Shown here: piece after piece, positions 1-13,381 of the stretch
Position numbering within the stretch: position 1 is the stretch's first letter
Layout of the letters: every line of letters starts with the position of its first letter
Origin: Chrysomallon squamiferum
Lineage: Eukaryota; Animalia; Mollusca
Assembly (NCBI GenBank): GCA_012295275.1
Contig: CM022667.1
Location: 6,200,001 to 6,264,000 of the forward strand
DNA length: 64,000 bases
Reading direction: 5' to 3'
Notes under the pieces: generated by a model
Told to the model about the DNA's origin: nothing
The model's database searches: none
What the model saw: only the letters and a program-made list of their open reading frames with translations
Made by a program: the position numbers and the translations under genes

Positions 1-16
1 CTCTAAGTTTACTTAC

Positions 17-175
17 ACTGAACATCCAAGGTAACAGTTTTGTTTTTTGACTTGTTTGTGTTTACATTGGTGACAATACGCACACAGACTCCAGCCTCAC
101 ACGAAACAGCCACGTTTTTACCTTCTAATACCTGTACTGGTGAATTTCTGTTCAGTTTAACATTTTCTGGACCAA
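17..175 (-). CDS. Internally deleted C2/I-set Ig exon of gene D (159 bp, phase 1-1)
   Basis: ttttcag acceptor and GTAAGT donor. Encodes GPENVKLNRNSPVQVLEGKNVAVSCEAGVCVRIVTNVNTNKSKNKTVTLDVQ and lacks 96 bp present in the paralog at 58815-59050. Confidence 0.75.
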
Positions 176-1298
176 CTGAAAATGAAAATAAATAATTTGT
201 TTTGCTTTTTTCTTTTTGTTTTAAATGATAATAATATTAGTGCTAATAATAAAAAAGAAAAAGAAAGAAAATAATTGTGCTTTCTCTTTACGGTAACTTA
301 ATAAATTAAATTACAAAACAAAAATAGCCTAAATTTTATAATATTATTACTAATTATTTCACACTCACACATATACACATACTGAAAATTTACCTTTAAA
401 TTATTAATAAAAAATCTGTTTAATAATTATTTCATTCTTCATATTTTTACACACTGAAATAAACGTTTAACAAATGATAATTTGTAAGAAAACACGTTAA
501 ATTTTACACTTGTTCAAAAATGCCAGTTTAGTTTTAAATACTGAAACCGGTCTTTGTTTTATACAAACATACATACATACATACATACATAAAACAGTAT
601 TTCGTAGATTTATTCTGCAGATTTGATCAGATTGCTAATAGTAGCTAATAATACAAAAATAATTAACAATTTAGCACTGACAATAATAATATAAAATCAT
701 TTGAAAACATAAAAATTTAATTTAGATCAGTTATAAATAAATAAATTTCTAAGATTATTTTTAAATAAAACTCGCAGTGTACTTTCAGAGTGAAACTTTT
801 AGTGAGAGATTTGGCTGAGACTCTGTTAGTCACAGTACATGTGTACTTCTGTTCTGTCTGGTTTCTTCTCACATTTGTAACACTGAGCTCAGACCCTGAC
901 TCAGTCTGTTGATTGTTAAGAGACCAGGAAAACAAACATGGCGGCTTGCAGACAGCAACACAGTTTACATTCAAATCATCTCCTTCGTCAACATTTCCTG
1001 GTAAACTGAACACAACACTGTCTGGCCCACCTGAAAAAAATAAATAATAACAAGAAATAAATAAGTAAAAACATAATAAATATAAGTATGCACATTGAAT
1101 AGTATACAACCTTGCCCATCTGAAACAATATTATAAATTGTATAATTTACTTGTCACTCCGTGTGATCTAAGCAATTAAAGTAAAGTCAACAAAATATTG
1201 TAAAGTCAGAACAGAATTTTATGTGGAATATTTATATATATATAAAAAAGATATACAAAATGTGATAAATAACAATAATAATAATAATAATAATAATA

Positions 1299-1358
<60 letters not shown>

Positions 1359-2207
1359 ATTATAATAATAAGAAGAAGAAGAAATAAAAAGAAATAAAAT
1401 AAACTAGTTTATTAAAACATTTCTAAACAAATATATAATTTTCTGTTTTATTGATATTAATGAACTCAGCTATGAAATAAAGAAATAAAAGAAACAAAAA
1501 ATAATTTTCTGTATCGTGGTAGATATTCTATCTCTGCCAATCTTTATTACAAAGCTAATGAATCTGTTTATACATTTAATATTTTATAATTCTTAATCCA
1601 TAATCTATTTTATTATAACATCACTGAAAGTTACATACAGCAGGTTTCTCAAATTGTAAAGCCAAGGTTTTCTTTTATTGGATCCATGTTCTGTTTCAGA
1701 GAAATACACTATTCATATTTGGAGTTTTGATATTCATCATTAGAACAAATGGAAATTCAAGTTTCCACTGCATTTTTTTAATTATCTTTCTTAGAAAAGA
1801 CCCATAATATTTGATAAAATAAACACATAATAAACACATAAATATGAATAAAACCAGTGAATTTATTTTAGAGTTTCTTGGTATTTTTTTGTAATGAATT
1901 TTTCCAACCATTTAGGTTAAACAAGATTTTGGCCCAATCTATATGATTATAAAAGGTTAGAGAAAACCAGAAATATATATACATCAAGACATGTACACAG
2001 TTTAAATGTAACAAAAGTATCAAAGAATAAAATTTTATAATGTTCATAGGTGACAACCAATGAAGACTGAATTTTACGAAGTTTTCTAATTTTTAAATTG
2101 TTTTGTTTTTTAACAGTTTCGGTAAACTTACCTGAGTAAGCAACACTGTTCAACAAGAAAACAGTTAAAATCAGTTGCTTGTCAACAGTCATAAACATCG
2201 CAGACAT
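17..2207 (-). CDS. Gene D (5' part; continues off the window start): signal peptide + tandem C2/I-set Ig exons; exons 2132-2207, 776-1030, 17-175
   Basis: All three exons end in phase 1 and join in frame: MSAMFMTVDKQLILTVFLLNSVAYS-G / GPDSVVF...NVNC...WSLNN...KYTC...TLKVH / GPENVKLNRNSPVQV...TLDVQ. A GC donor and an internally deleted third exon leave its functional status uncertain. Confidence 0.7.
776..1030 (-). CDS. C2/I-set Ig domain exon of gene D (255 bp, phase 1-1)
   Basis: Within ORF 717-1109: C...PPC.FSW...L.VTNV...YTC.VTN Ig pattern. ttttcag acceptor; donor is GCGAGT where the paralog has GTGAGT. Confidence 0.85.
2132..2207 (-). CDS. Signal-peptide exon of gene D
   Basis: MSAMFMTVDKQLILTVFLLNSVAYS(G), 76 bp, ending in phase 1 at a GTAAGT donor; hydrophobic core plus an A-Y-S cleavage-like end. 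Confidence 0.7.
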
Positions 2208-3689
2208 AATTAATTAATTATAAATAACGTGAATACTTTAAATAAAAAATCCCGTTCTGAGAAGAAACGACGCTTTCACTTGCTGTAAACTTCCTCGTTT
2301 GTTTCTGTCAACAATGCGTACTTTTATCCTGATTTAATTAATGCAGTAAGATTCCATTATAGATTTAAATTAAAGTTACAGTATTATAGTGACTAAATAT
2401 GATACAAATCCTTGTTTTGATGTTTTATTAAATTACTGGCGATCATTTGATAGCACAGACTACCTCACCGCGAACTTCCAGTAAGTTTACAGTACTGAAT
2501 AAGAAACTGGAAACGAGGCTAGATATTATCTCGACAGCGGGTAGGTACAGAGAGTTATGGCCCGAGATGAGGCTAAACATGTTCAAGTGATCCTAAATTT
2601 AATATATATATATATATAAATGTTTATATTATTTATTTATTTATTTTTTAAATTATTTATTTATTTATTTATTTATTCTATTTTATTTTGTTTTGCTAAA
2701 CCTAATTTAATATTTTATAAAATTATAAATATAATTTCATTTCTTGGGAAAAAAACGGCACTTATTTATTTTGTTTTAATTATATTCCTTTTTCCAACTG
2801 TATCTTTGCTAGTAATACAACCCAGATCACAGAATGGTGTTAGAAAGTATTTTTAGCCGTACCACGTATGTACAATTTGATTGACTACAAAGACAACTTT
2901 AAAACAGTTTCATTAATTAAAAACGAACGTTTCAGAAAACCCTTATTAATATGAGACAATCTGTGAATTTTTTTTCCCTATTCTTAAACGTAAACACTTT
3001 ATTATTTCTTGTATAACAGGCCAGTCTTTGTCCTGGAAGGGTTTCTAAACAGTTTAGTAACCATAACGTCACTGTGATACATCTAGAACATATTGAGTCA
3101 AAACTGAAGAAAAGACTTAAAACCGACACACAAATAGAGTTTAACTATTTGCTGATGGTAAATAATTTGATTTACAAATAGGATTATTCTACACAGCAAA
3201 TATATTTTCTTAGGAAGAAGACTGTTTTTTTTTCCCGACAACTATTTGAGTATCATTTGCTGATTTTGTGAAGATGTAGACACTGCTAGGATAGAAATTA
3301 ACATACCTACATGTCTTTAATCTCTTTTCACAGATAATCAACTAAAAACCGCACAGTATGGGGTTTTACAGTTCATATCTTGATATATATTAGGTATGAA
3401 CTGTTAAGTAAATTTAAAATAAAATTTATCACATTTACAATTTAAAGTTTTTAGTTACATTATTTTATTATTATTATTTGTTATTGCACCGATTATTATT
3501 ATTATTATTTATTATTATTATTATTATTGTTATTATTATTTATTGTTATTGTTATTGTTATTGTTATTTTTGTTTATTTTTATTATTTGTTTACATTTTC
3601 ATTATTAGTCCAGTGTTTAGTGTTGCACGGATTCTGGTTTTCTGTTCCTAGAAGAGTAATCTTCTCTTGTTTTTTGCTATGAAGATGTT

Positions 3690-4199
3690 ACTCTGGATCT
3701 TCCAGATCCTTCTTTGTAACTGGGCTCTTGTTCTTCTCATCTCCCACATCTTGCTGATCTCTATTTCAAGTCTTTTGTACATTGGACAGCTTCTCCATTT
3801 CTTTGACTGACACATTTCTCTCTGAAGGTACTGTCCTGTCTATGAGCAGGCAGGTCTGTTTCTTCTTGTTCTTCACAAAGGAATTACATGTAGGCCTAAT
3901 TACTTAATGTTCCGACTCCCCAGAAAGCAACCAAACAAGCGAAAACAAAATCCTGTAATCATCATTTTATTCTAATTTTTCTTCAGATTGCTATTATGGA
4001 TCCTTTGCACTGGTAATATTGTGGGGTTTTTTTTTTTTTTTTTTTTTGGTGGGGGCGGGGAACTATATTTTCAATGCATATCAGCTCCATGATAAAGAAC
4101 AGTTCTGCAGGCATCTCTATAATTATTAAATATATTCAAATTTGTTTTCAAGAACACTGATTCAATCATTGATGGAGTACACGAGGAATATTCATTTTC

Positions 4200-4235
<36 letters not shown>

Positions 4236-5160
4236 TTTCACACGTTTTTTCGCTCTTCAAACAAAAGAAAGAAAGGTAATAATTAAAGACAACACCAGAA
4301 CAATTCAAATGACGATCTGGTTTGAGAGCAAAAATCCATTCACTGTACTGCTATGAGATTACTGATTATATAGTGATTATATTATTAGTGATGACAGTAT
4401 CAGGTCCCCCATAATAGTATCTATGACAAGTTCAAATTTTTAGGAGGTATCATAATCAATTGCAGTATCAAATGTGCCTTTTTTGTTCCAGTAGGCAACC
4501 ACTACATACACTGGTTTGTACGAACCTTTTCTGTACCCTTTCTACCTTCCCAGAGTACGTCACGTTAATCTGAGATGTAGCGTCAAACCACAGATGACAC
4601 AAGTCTCTGCTCAAAACTGTCTCAGACATAGTATCTGCCAGGTCTGACAGGACTTTTTCTTCCAGTTCAGGAAACGCTGGCATAACGTTCTTAGTTTTCA
4701 GAGATTTCAGTGTCATTTCAACTTCCATCTCTTTTTTATTTATTTATTTATGTTTTTTCTTCTTCTTTTCTCTGCCCACAATGTCTTGCCGGTTTTGTCA
4801 GCTGGGATGTAGGATCCTTTTCAAAGTATCTACCGTACTGTCTAAAAAAAGCTATCTATCGCAATAAGTCAGTACAAAAGCATGTCTCTGACCAGATCGT
4901 ACTTGGAATATGCAGAAGTGACAGCATTGTAACAGATCGTAAATTACATTACTAAAGGAATCTCAATCTCTCTCAGCAGATACATTAGAGCTTTGGCAGC
5001 ATTAGCAAGTGCATTAAACTCATTCTTTACTTCTCTGATGGCTTCAACATAACTGACTGGTCCTTCTGCTGAAATAGAAAACATTTTCCTCCACGGGCCT
5101 GTGAACAGTTTTCCAGTCAATCCCACAACACCTATGTCTCTGTCAGCGTAACTAACCATC
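3690..5160 (-). mobile_element. Degenerate transposase-like coding remnant (family unassigned)
   Basis: GC-richer block with broken ORFs 4468-4728 and 4944-5159 (GLTGKLFTGPW.., RQYGRYF..). It starts where homology to the repeated cassette stops (~5165). Confidence 0.35.
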
Positions 5161-5164
5161 GGCG

Positions 5165-6292
5165 CATTTACGTAGTTAGGACGTAATGAAAATTACCTAA
5201 TCATAACCAAGTCATAACGTAATAATTACGTAAATCTAACGTAATATTATTCGAATTAATCTTAAACTAAGAAGAACTATATTAGATACAATTATATTAG
5301 TCCAAGCTTTATATTAGAAAATGGGCGAACAACAACAACAACATCAACTCTATAAGCATAGTTCCTAATAACATATGAATGGAAATACTTTAGCATATCA
5401 AACTTACTAACAAAATAGGACAAAAATGTAAACCGCTCTTAAAACAAGTCAAAAGAAAACAAAAATAAATATTGGTTACTGAAACAGTTTTGACAAACAC
5501 ATTTCCTACGTTACCGTTCCAGCAGACAACACAACAACACAAATTTTTAAGATAGAAATATTATATTTATTTACTTATAGGATTTACATGAAAACTAGCT
5601 AGTATTCATTCAGTATAAAGCTTAACAACAATCATAACTAATATATCAAAACCAAATAAGGTAGTAAATAAAGTAAATAAACATATTAAACATCACATTT
5701 CTAATAAACGGAGCTGTATCTGAAAGAGAAACTCTAAAACAAGCCAGAAAGTGAAACATGCGTGATGCAAGACCAGTAGCAGATCTCAGGAGCAAGTTTC
5801 TTGAGAAGAACAGTTTACATAAAGAACGATATATATATATATAAAGTACAAGAAGAAAAGAAATGATTATAACTTATCTTCGATAGAGAGAGAGAGAGAG
5901 AGAGAGAGCAAATTCTGAGAACCTCTTCGACACATAAAGTTATTTCAAAACATAAAAGAATAAATTTGTTCATCTAATTAATTAATTTGTTAAATATTAT
6001 TTAAAACGAATCACAGAAACAAGCAACAGTAAATTTGTTAAGAACATTCCAGTAGTGATCTCAGTACTGAGAAAATAAACCACTAGTGATGATCTCCAAG
6101 CTGCAATGAATAATATACAAGAAATTAAATTAGCTGACGAAATCAAATTAACAACGTTTAGTTATATACATATAAAACTTTTGTTACTTTTATCTTAAGC
6201 AGAGGTTGTAGCCGATAATAATACATATTTACTTGAGTGGCTAATTAAAACAAGTTCGCTTTTGAAACAACACCAATTTAAACAAAAATATA

Positions 6293-6381
<89 letters not shown>

Positions 6382-6460
6382 CTCACCAAATAATGCACAC
6401 AGTAATTGTCCATACTGCAAACCTTGTGCGGGTGCCAAGTGATGTATCATCTGCGAAAAT
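5165..6460 (-). repeat. Copy 1 of the ~1.3-2 kb duplicated 3' cassette (exon 3, (GA)n, exon 4, 3'UTR-like sequence)
   Basis: Clear identity to 17030-18840 (inverted), 24630-26900, 37300-39680 and 62210-64000. Confidence 0.9.
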
Positions 6461-6536
6461 CAGAATAGAATTATAATCAGACGTATTTACTTATTTGCTT
6501 GTATTTATGTCATTTAAATATATCTTTATGTATAGC

Positions 6537-6567
<31 letters not shown>

Positions 6568-9223
6568 TAATACCATAACACTACCCTTATCTACGGAATG
6601 TTTTGGTTAATTGTTTTTATTTTTATTTTTTATTTTTTTTTTATATTTTACTTATTTTACTAAGGGCATACTAACATAAGCGCTTTTGTCGGAGTGTTTA
6701 TGTCGGCACACTTAAGTCAGTGTACCGTGATCTGTAGATGCACGCGCTGCATTCAAGCCTATCTGCCTCTTCATGACCAAATCTAAACTCATTTTCTGGC
6801 TCTATTTAACTCATGAAATTGCAGCCACATCCAAAGTCTTTAAAACCAAATTTTCAAAAGTGCAAGAATAACTTTTTTATCACAAGTCATTACACCATCT
6901 TTTAAAGAAAAATGCTACAAAATTAATTGTGATTTTACGTTTGCTAACTTTCTTTCCCCAGCGCCTTGGACTAGGAGTGTTTCCACCAACTATATTTATT
7001 TCTAAAGCTGTAGAAATTCAAAGCTTGTTTATAGTACTGGCTAAAACTGATACTGTGTAACATCTTTCCTCATTTAATGGCACAGCATTTCAACATTTTT
7101 CTATGAGCAAAACACATAATACATTTCCAAAGCTTCGATTCAAGACTATTATCATAATTTTCACATTCTAGTTATTTGAAGTTTTGTTCCACAGTTAGTG
7201 TTTCCCTAACATACTGAGTTAATATAAAACTTGTAAGGGCAAAAGCGACTAATAACAGAGTGTGCAAGAAAAGTGAACTTGTCTCTTTGATGTTACAGCG
7301 AAATTGACGTTGAGCGAAATTGACGTTGAATAAAAACTGAAAGCAATTCATCAGCTGTTAATTTGGAAAACAAGTTAATTTAAACCGTGTGAAGCAGGGA
7401 TAGCTGTACTGCTATAATTTGTATTTCTATATATTTGGATTACAAATGTGTAATGTATATGGTTACATAATATGCGATCTGCTAGCGTACATTGCACACT
7501 GTTATGGTGATTACAGTAGTCTTGACAGAAAAAAAAAAATACAGAGAATTGGACATTGAAAAGTTTAATTGTTTTCATCATTAAAAGCTTATTTTGAAGG
7601 AAGAACGAAAACTAATGTAGCTCCATGGATATTCAAACTGTGTACCACATTTCACAAAAATTCGTTCAGTATTTATAATGCACAGGTCTGTTTATTAGGT
7701 ACAAACAATGAAAAGTCTGGTGAGAAATGTAAAATCTATGTTAAGTCACAAGTGTCAGACTCATATGAATAATATTTCTTCTTTACTGGAACAGCAAACT
7801 TGTTAAGACTTCACCTTTTTCAAGTGTAATATCCTAATCTGTTATTCACATTATCTATATTATATCAAGGACTTATATCAGAACACAAATAAAAATGTGT
7901 AATCTTTACTTATTGTTATTTCGTATTAAGTTCTAGAATAACATAATTAACTTAATTACTTGCAAAAATTTATTTTATATTCCCAGAGGAAAAACATGTA
8001 AATGCTTAAAAATAATTGTCACTGTCCAGAGAAGAACTATGTGTTGTGTTTTTGTTTAATATGGACATTTGTACACCTTAATATCCAGTTTTACAGTTAA
8101 AATATATCCAGAACCCCCTTTTCTTAATGGAAAAATAACTGAAATGAGCTTTACACTGTACAGACTGTATTTTTAAAATTATTTATGAAATGCTAATGCC
8201 ACAAAATACAGGCTTTACTAATACCTTTATATCAATTTTTGTTTGTTTCAGGTTGTTAGGAAAACTACAAATAAAATGACAAATATATTCTTTTATTTGT
8301 ACAGTCACATTGCACAACTGCCATCATTTCATGTTAATACCAGGTTTCGATTCTGGCATCTGAGGTAGATATCAGTAGACTCGGCAATATCAGTGCATAA
8401 ATTCTGTGAACAGTCGCTGTTGGCTCTTTGACTGTCTATCACATAATGAAACAGAAAACACAGCTAAGGAATATTATGCAGAGTGCAACTATGGGTAAAG
8501 TGAAGACTTGGAGAAAGTGCTGATGCAGTGGATATAGCTGTGTCACAATCAAAACATGAAAATACCTGCCGATGTGCTGAAGTTCTAGGTCAGGAATTTC
8601 CAGGAAGTATATTAACATAAAAATATATCAGCAAAACGTTCAGTTAGCATGACTGAGTTCCCAGTAAGACCTAGTTTTGGAACATCAACCTGCTGTATGA
8701 TTCACACAAACCTCAAGAATGTTGTCATATTAATTAATCTCTCATTTTATTTTTCTCAGTTTACTTATAAATATTTAAACCTTAATTTCATATACTTGGA
8801 TTTGTAGATTTTCTATCTTAGTTAGATAATTACAGTAACATGTTTTGATAAAAAAAAAAAAAAAAAATTATATCAACTTACTTTCAAATGTTATTCTGTG
8901 TTTGTTGCTTTGTGTCTTATTTGTTGCCAGTGAGCACCACCAGTCAGTAAGATCTTTTTCTGCAACATTATTTATCTTCACAGTGTAAGTTTTACTTTCT
9001 GATGTCGTTTCCTCTGTTCCAGTTCCACAACTTACAACATAACCTGGTGGATAGGTGAACTCAGTACATCCTCTTATAGGAGACTGTTCTATTGAAGTAA
9101 TGGCATCTGGCGATGTTTGCCTCTTGAACAGTACAAGATCATCAAGCCCAGCAGCATCTGTCACTGTACAGGTCAGAGTGTAAGAAGGAGGATTTGGTGA
9201 GCCAGACAATACCAGTGAAAAAC
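6061..9223 (-). CDS. Gene C: divergent single V-like Ig domain + hydrophobic C-terminal cassette; exons 8882-9223, 6387-6450, 6061-6100 (first exon not located)
   Basis: 342-bp phase 1-1 exon (TLTCTV...VLFKR...C..C...YTVKINNV..KDLTDWWC). 64-bp phase 1-2 exon (N)DTSLGTRTRFAVWTITVCII. 40-bp terminal part (C)LEIITSGLFSQY*. Canonical AG/GT sites and an open joined frame. Confidence 0.7.
8450..8615 (+). mobile_element. Tigger/pogo CENP-B-type HTH remnant
   Basis: Translates as EDLEKVLMQWI*LCHNQNMKIPADVLK, resembling the LEKAL..WF...R....PI HTH of pogo/Tigger transposases. Confidence 0.5.
8882..9223 (-). CDS. V-like Ig domain exon of gene C
   Basis: ORF 8868-9374 minus its microsatellite-derived N-terminus; cttgtag acceptor and GTAAGT donor; B-strand Cys and D-x-T-D-W-W-C F-strand motif. 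Confidence 0.85.
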
Positions 9224-9257
9224 CTACAAGACATGCAAAAAGTAAAAAGTAAAGAAA

Positions 9258-9304
<47 letters not shown>

Positions 9305-9312
9305 TCATAATC

Positions 9313-9371
<59 letters not shown>

Positions 9372-10059
9372 CAAAGTAAATAAATAAAAAAGCTATATTT
9401 CAGATGCATTAAACATTTATTAGTAGACTGTATTATTAAGGAGAGTTGTTTTTCTAAGAGTTATTTGTGTTTCTGGTTGTTTTTGTAAATTTATTAATTG
9501 TAATGTTTCTGCCTCAAAACTATTTTTTTGTATTACTTAGAGATCAAAACATTATAAATAAACAAGCGAAACAAAAGCACAGATACAAATAAATAACAGA
9601 TCATAAGATCAGGTAAATAATGGAATTTCAAACTGAACACACATTAACATGCCACTTGAAATGATATCAATTATAAATATCAAATAGGAAAAGTCATTCT
9701 AAGCATTATTTATGTGACTACATCTTTATCTTTTATACATTTTGTAAAATACATTTTGGCAAAACTGCAAATTAGGTTTGTTTCAAGGTCACCAGTTCCA
9801 TGAGGTCAAATGCAAAGATCAAGAGCATAATTATTTAATACCATGACAATATTATTCAAATTGTGTGTGATGTGACATGCATAACTCAGTAACAACATTC
9901 CAGGATAAAGTCAACTGATGTGAAAACACAGTTAATTGTTCAATAACCAAACTTTATTTAGAAATAATGTTATTTTTCTAAATCAATTATTTTTTTTCGA
10001 AAATGCATTATATACAAACTACTGTATTTTGGGGGGCGTTTCCACATTGCTATATATCC

Positions 10060-11990
10060 ATATGTTATGAATGACTAACTTCCAGGGTCACTTTTCATTG
10101 TCATAGAAAGCCTGCACTTTTTCTGTTGCACCAGTTTGACCAAGCAGATTCTCAACATCTTTTTTTCTGGCCTTATTCACAGTACTTTGGTTAAAAAGTG
10201 GATTCAGATTGAAGTCTGCCCACTTCTTTCCACGTTTTAACACGTTTTAATTATCCCCACCGTACGCAGTTTTCAAGTCTACTTGATCGTTTTTCAATTC
10301 CAGCATTTGTGCTTCAGTCAACTTGAAGGTTTTCTGTTGATTCACAAATACTTTTGAAGCAGACTTAAATGAAGTATCTCCCTGTCTTTGCCTTAAACAT
10401 AAACATTTCTATAGATCCTTAGAATGGAGTAGTATTCCTATGTCATCAGAATAAGATCGCATTTCCTAATGCTCTGCTCCATTCTAACAAAACACGGTCT
10501 GCAAAGAGAAAAATGTGCCCCCTGATTGGGAAAATGCATTCAACACCGAGGTCGGGGAAGGCATTTTTCAGCAGTGCAAATATCATGAGAGAACATTCAT
10601 ATATTTATTCTGCCTAAAACATCAATTTCTAAACATCTGAAGTCTGCCTGTTTGGCGAACAAATCCATTCTGCTGCTTGTGAAAAGAATAATCCAGAGTT
10701 AACGAAATCATGTTCCTATCTTTCTTAGTTTTGTGCTCCATCCATGTATATAGATTAATGTCATCCTTGGTCTGCCTGCTATCCTTGCCATGGTGAAAAA
10801 CCACCCCAAACAAGTACTAGTAAAGCTGCCTTGAATAATAGGCTTGGCCAGTCATGGTCTTTGGTAAGACTAGGTTTTGCATCATGTCAAAGCAGACGGT
10901 GTAGGAATACTCCATCTCACTTAGCATATCACAAAATAAATGTGCTCGTCGTCCGTGCAAAATGAAAGTGTCTGGCTTCACCCGCGTCTCAGCTTCAGTA
11001 ATATTTGAGTACTTCATCCTAAGTTGCTACTTCACAGAGACAGCACAGGCACCTGTGACAGGATGTCCAAACCCAAGATTCCAGAACACTGAGTGCTAGA
11101 CCAGATAGCTGACATCACTATGGTTCTGACTGTTAAACATTTCATGCATTTTTTGACATTGATGTCAGTTAGTGAATATTTCCGGCCTGGTGCCCCTGTA
11201 CGTCCATAGTGACTGGCTCTACAGGTAAACATCTGGATATGGTCCACGACAAACTCATTCTTTTCCTCATTCTCTGCATGTCCAGGAGCATCAACCCTGG
11301 ATTCTGGACGTGCAGCAGCATTCTCTGTATAATACTGAGCCTGTCGGGATACAGTGTCTTTGCTTATGCCTGGAAACAACATAAAATCATGCTACAGTTA
11401 CAGAGTAAAAACAGAAACAACTCTACAATGCGGGCCAACATGTTGACACTACAAAGTTGTTTTAATGGTGTGGGTGTGTTTGGAGGATGTTGTGCAATGT
11501 CAACAAAGAAACATTTATTTTATTTTTTGCAAGACAAAAGTTAAATCAAATTTTATTAATGAGGACATCAAAAAAGAAAATTTAAACATTACGAAAATTT
11601 AAGAATGTAGCCTACTCACCTAGAATTTCATCAAAGGTTGCACACTGGTAATTAGGTAGGGTGACTTTGTGTCAAATGTCACAGATACATTCCTGTCCTT
11701 GCTTGCATGTTCATTCTGCATACGGAGACATTGCCTTTGGACCTTGCCAATCATCATTAGACGGAGAGCTTGGTCCTATTGGATTTTGTTCGGACTTGCA
11801 TAAATCTGACTGAAATTCAAGGCAATATCTACTGATGTCAGCTGATCCGCATGACAAAACCGTGCACTGTTTGTAGCTGTATGCATCCATGCCACAGATG
11901 GCAGTTTGCCCCACCTGAATGGCGAAGTTTCTTTACTTTTTCTCGCGCATGATTGTCTTTTGATGGTCTACTTTTCTTCTCCACATTAGA
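10060..11990 (-). mobile_element. Degenerate DDE DNA transposon, probably Sola-type
   Basis: Fragmented ORFs with HIQMF..RASHYGR, FDMMQNLVLPK...AYYSRQLY, YTWME and FPIRGH..ADRVF motifs; many stops and frameshifts; boundaries approximate. Confidence 0.6.
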
Positions 11991-12506
11991 AACTACCCCT
12001 AACTCATAGGCTCCGTCGAAATTGTTCGTTGTTAATGGTTAATATGGCCCAAAATGCCATGAAACACCAAGCGATTTTGTTATCTCATGCTGAATGATGT
12101 AACGTAATGGTGGCCTATGACTGATCAAGACAATCACGTATCGCAGTTTGTAAGAAACTATGCATGGCACTTACGACGTTATGAAACTTAATCTTTAGTC
12201 TACTGTGTAGACAGTGGTAGATTTCGACTTTTGGGGAAAATGATTATGGGACCCCGAACAACTGTGAAATGCTGAACTTTTGGTGGTGGCTTTTATTTAT
12301 TTATTTATTTATTTTAATCGCGTTTGGAACTAAAGTCTTCAGATGTTTTATTAAGATTTATATATATATATATATATATACAACAAAATTTAAAATAAAA
12401 AGCAAAAAAAAGCAAAAAAACGATTCCAATTAGTAATGTCCAAATCCTGAGAACTGAAAACAGCAAAAGACACATCAAATCATATCCCAAGTAATGTGCC
12501 ATTTCA

Positions 12507-12573
<67 letters not shown>

Positions 12574-13381
12574 TGAAATGTTTACTGGACATTCATATGA
12601 TTTTTGGTAAATGTTTTTTTGCACAGCCCTTACAAGTTACGATTTGGCATTCTTGCATTTTAGGCATACCACGTCTTAGGGTTGTTTTACTCAATATCTT
12701 TCTACAATGTTTTGTTTTACTGTTAGAGCAAATATACATTGACAATATAAAACTGTCTATCCTACTTTCACTTGTCAAATTCAGCCAAATTGTAATTTCA
12801 TCAGTGACACAGGAAGTCATGCTATCGAGATAAACAGTGCAAGTACAGAAGTCAGTGAGCAGTACTAATCTATTTTGGGAAAAGTATATAACTTTTTACT
12901 TTTTGAAGTTGGTTTATAAGATTAAACAGAAAAATAAAATGTAATGTAATAAAAACAGATTGTTTCACTTTGTATCCAGATCAAGTGGATGATCTCCAGA
13001 CCTAGTACATAGTTCATCCAGTTTTCTACTTCAAAATATTTACATCTATACAAAATGAATTACCTATAAATTTACCTTAGCCAGACTTTTAATTCCATGC
13101 AGTGAAATTGTCATCTTGCAAATTTCATAAAGTTACCTTGCTATTTAAGGAACTTTAATCACAGTGTTTTGTTTTAATAAAGTTTGAAACAATATGTAAA
13201 AATTACACTAATTTTCATAATATAAAACTACCCTTACTCTGTTATTGATAAAGTTGTCATTAATAATGTAGTTTCATTTTATTATTTACATGTTCTTTCC
13301 CTGATGAAGAAACAATTTTAATTTCAGGATTTTTATTTATTTATAATGATTATTTTTATATTATTATTATTATTGTTGATA

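Noticed and set aside
6059-6072. Palindrome tctcagtactgaga overlapping the stop codon (readthrough or selenocysteine idea)
   Set aside because: Not conserved in the gene A copy, the downstream frame closes quickly, and no SECIS-like structure was recognised.
12314-12592. Poly-L/I/Y/N and ER/SL-repeat ORFs (also 6195, 25727, 27562, 29400, 39039, 45451, 54610)
   Set aside because: Translations of TAA and GA microsatellites, not TM or coding segments.
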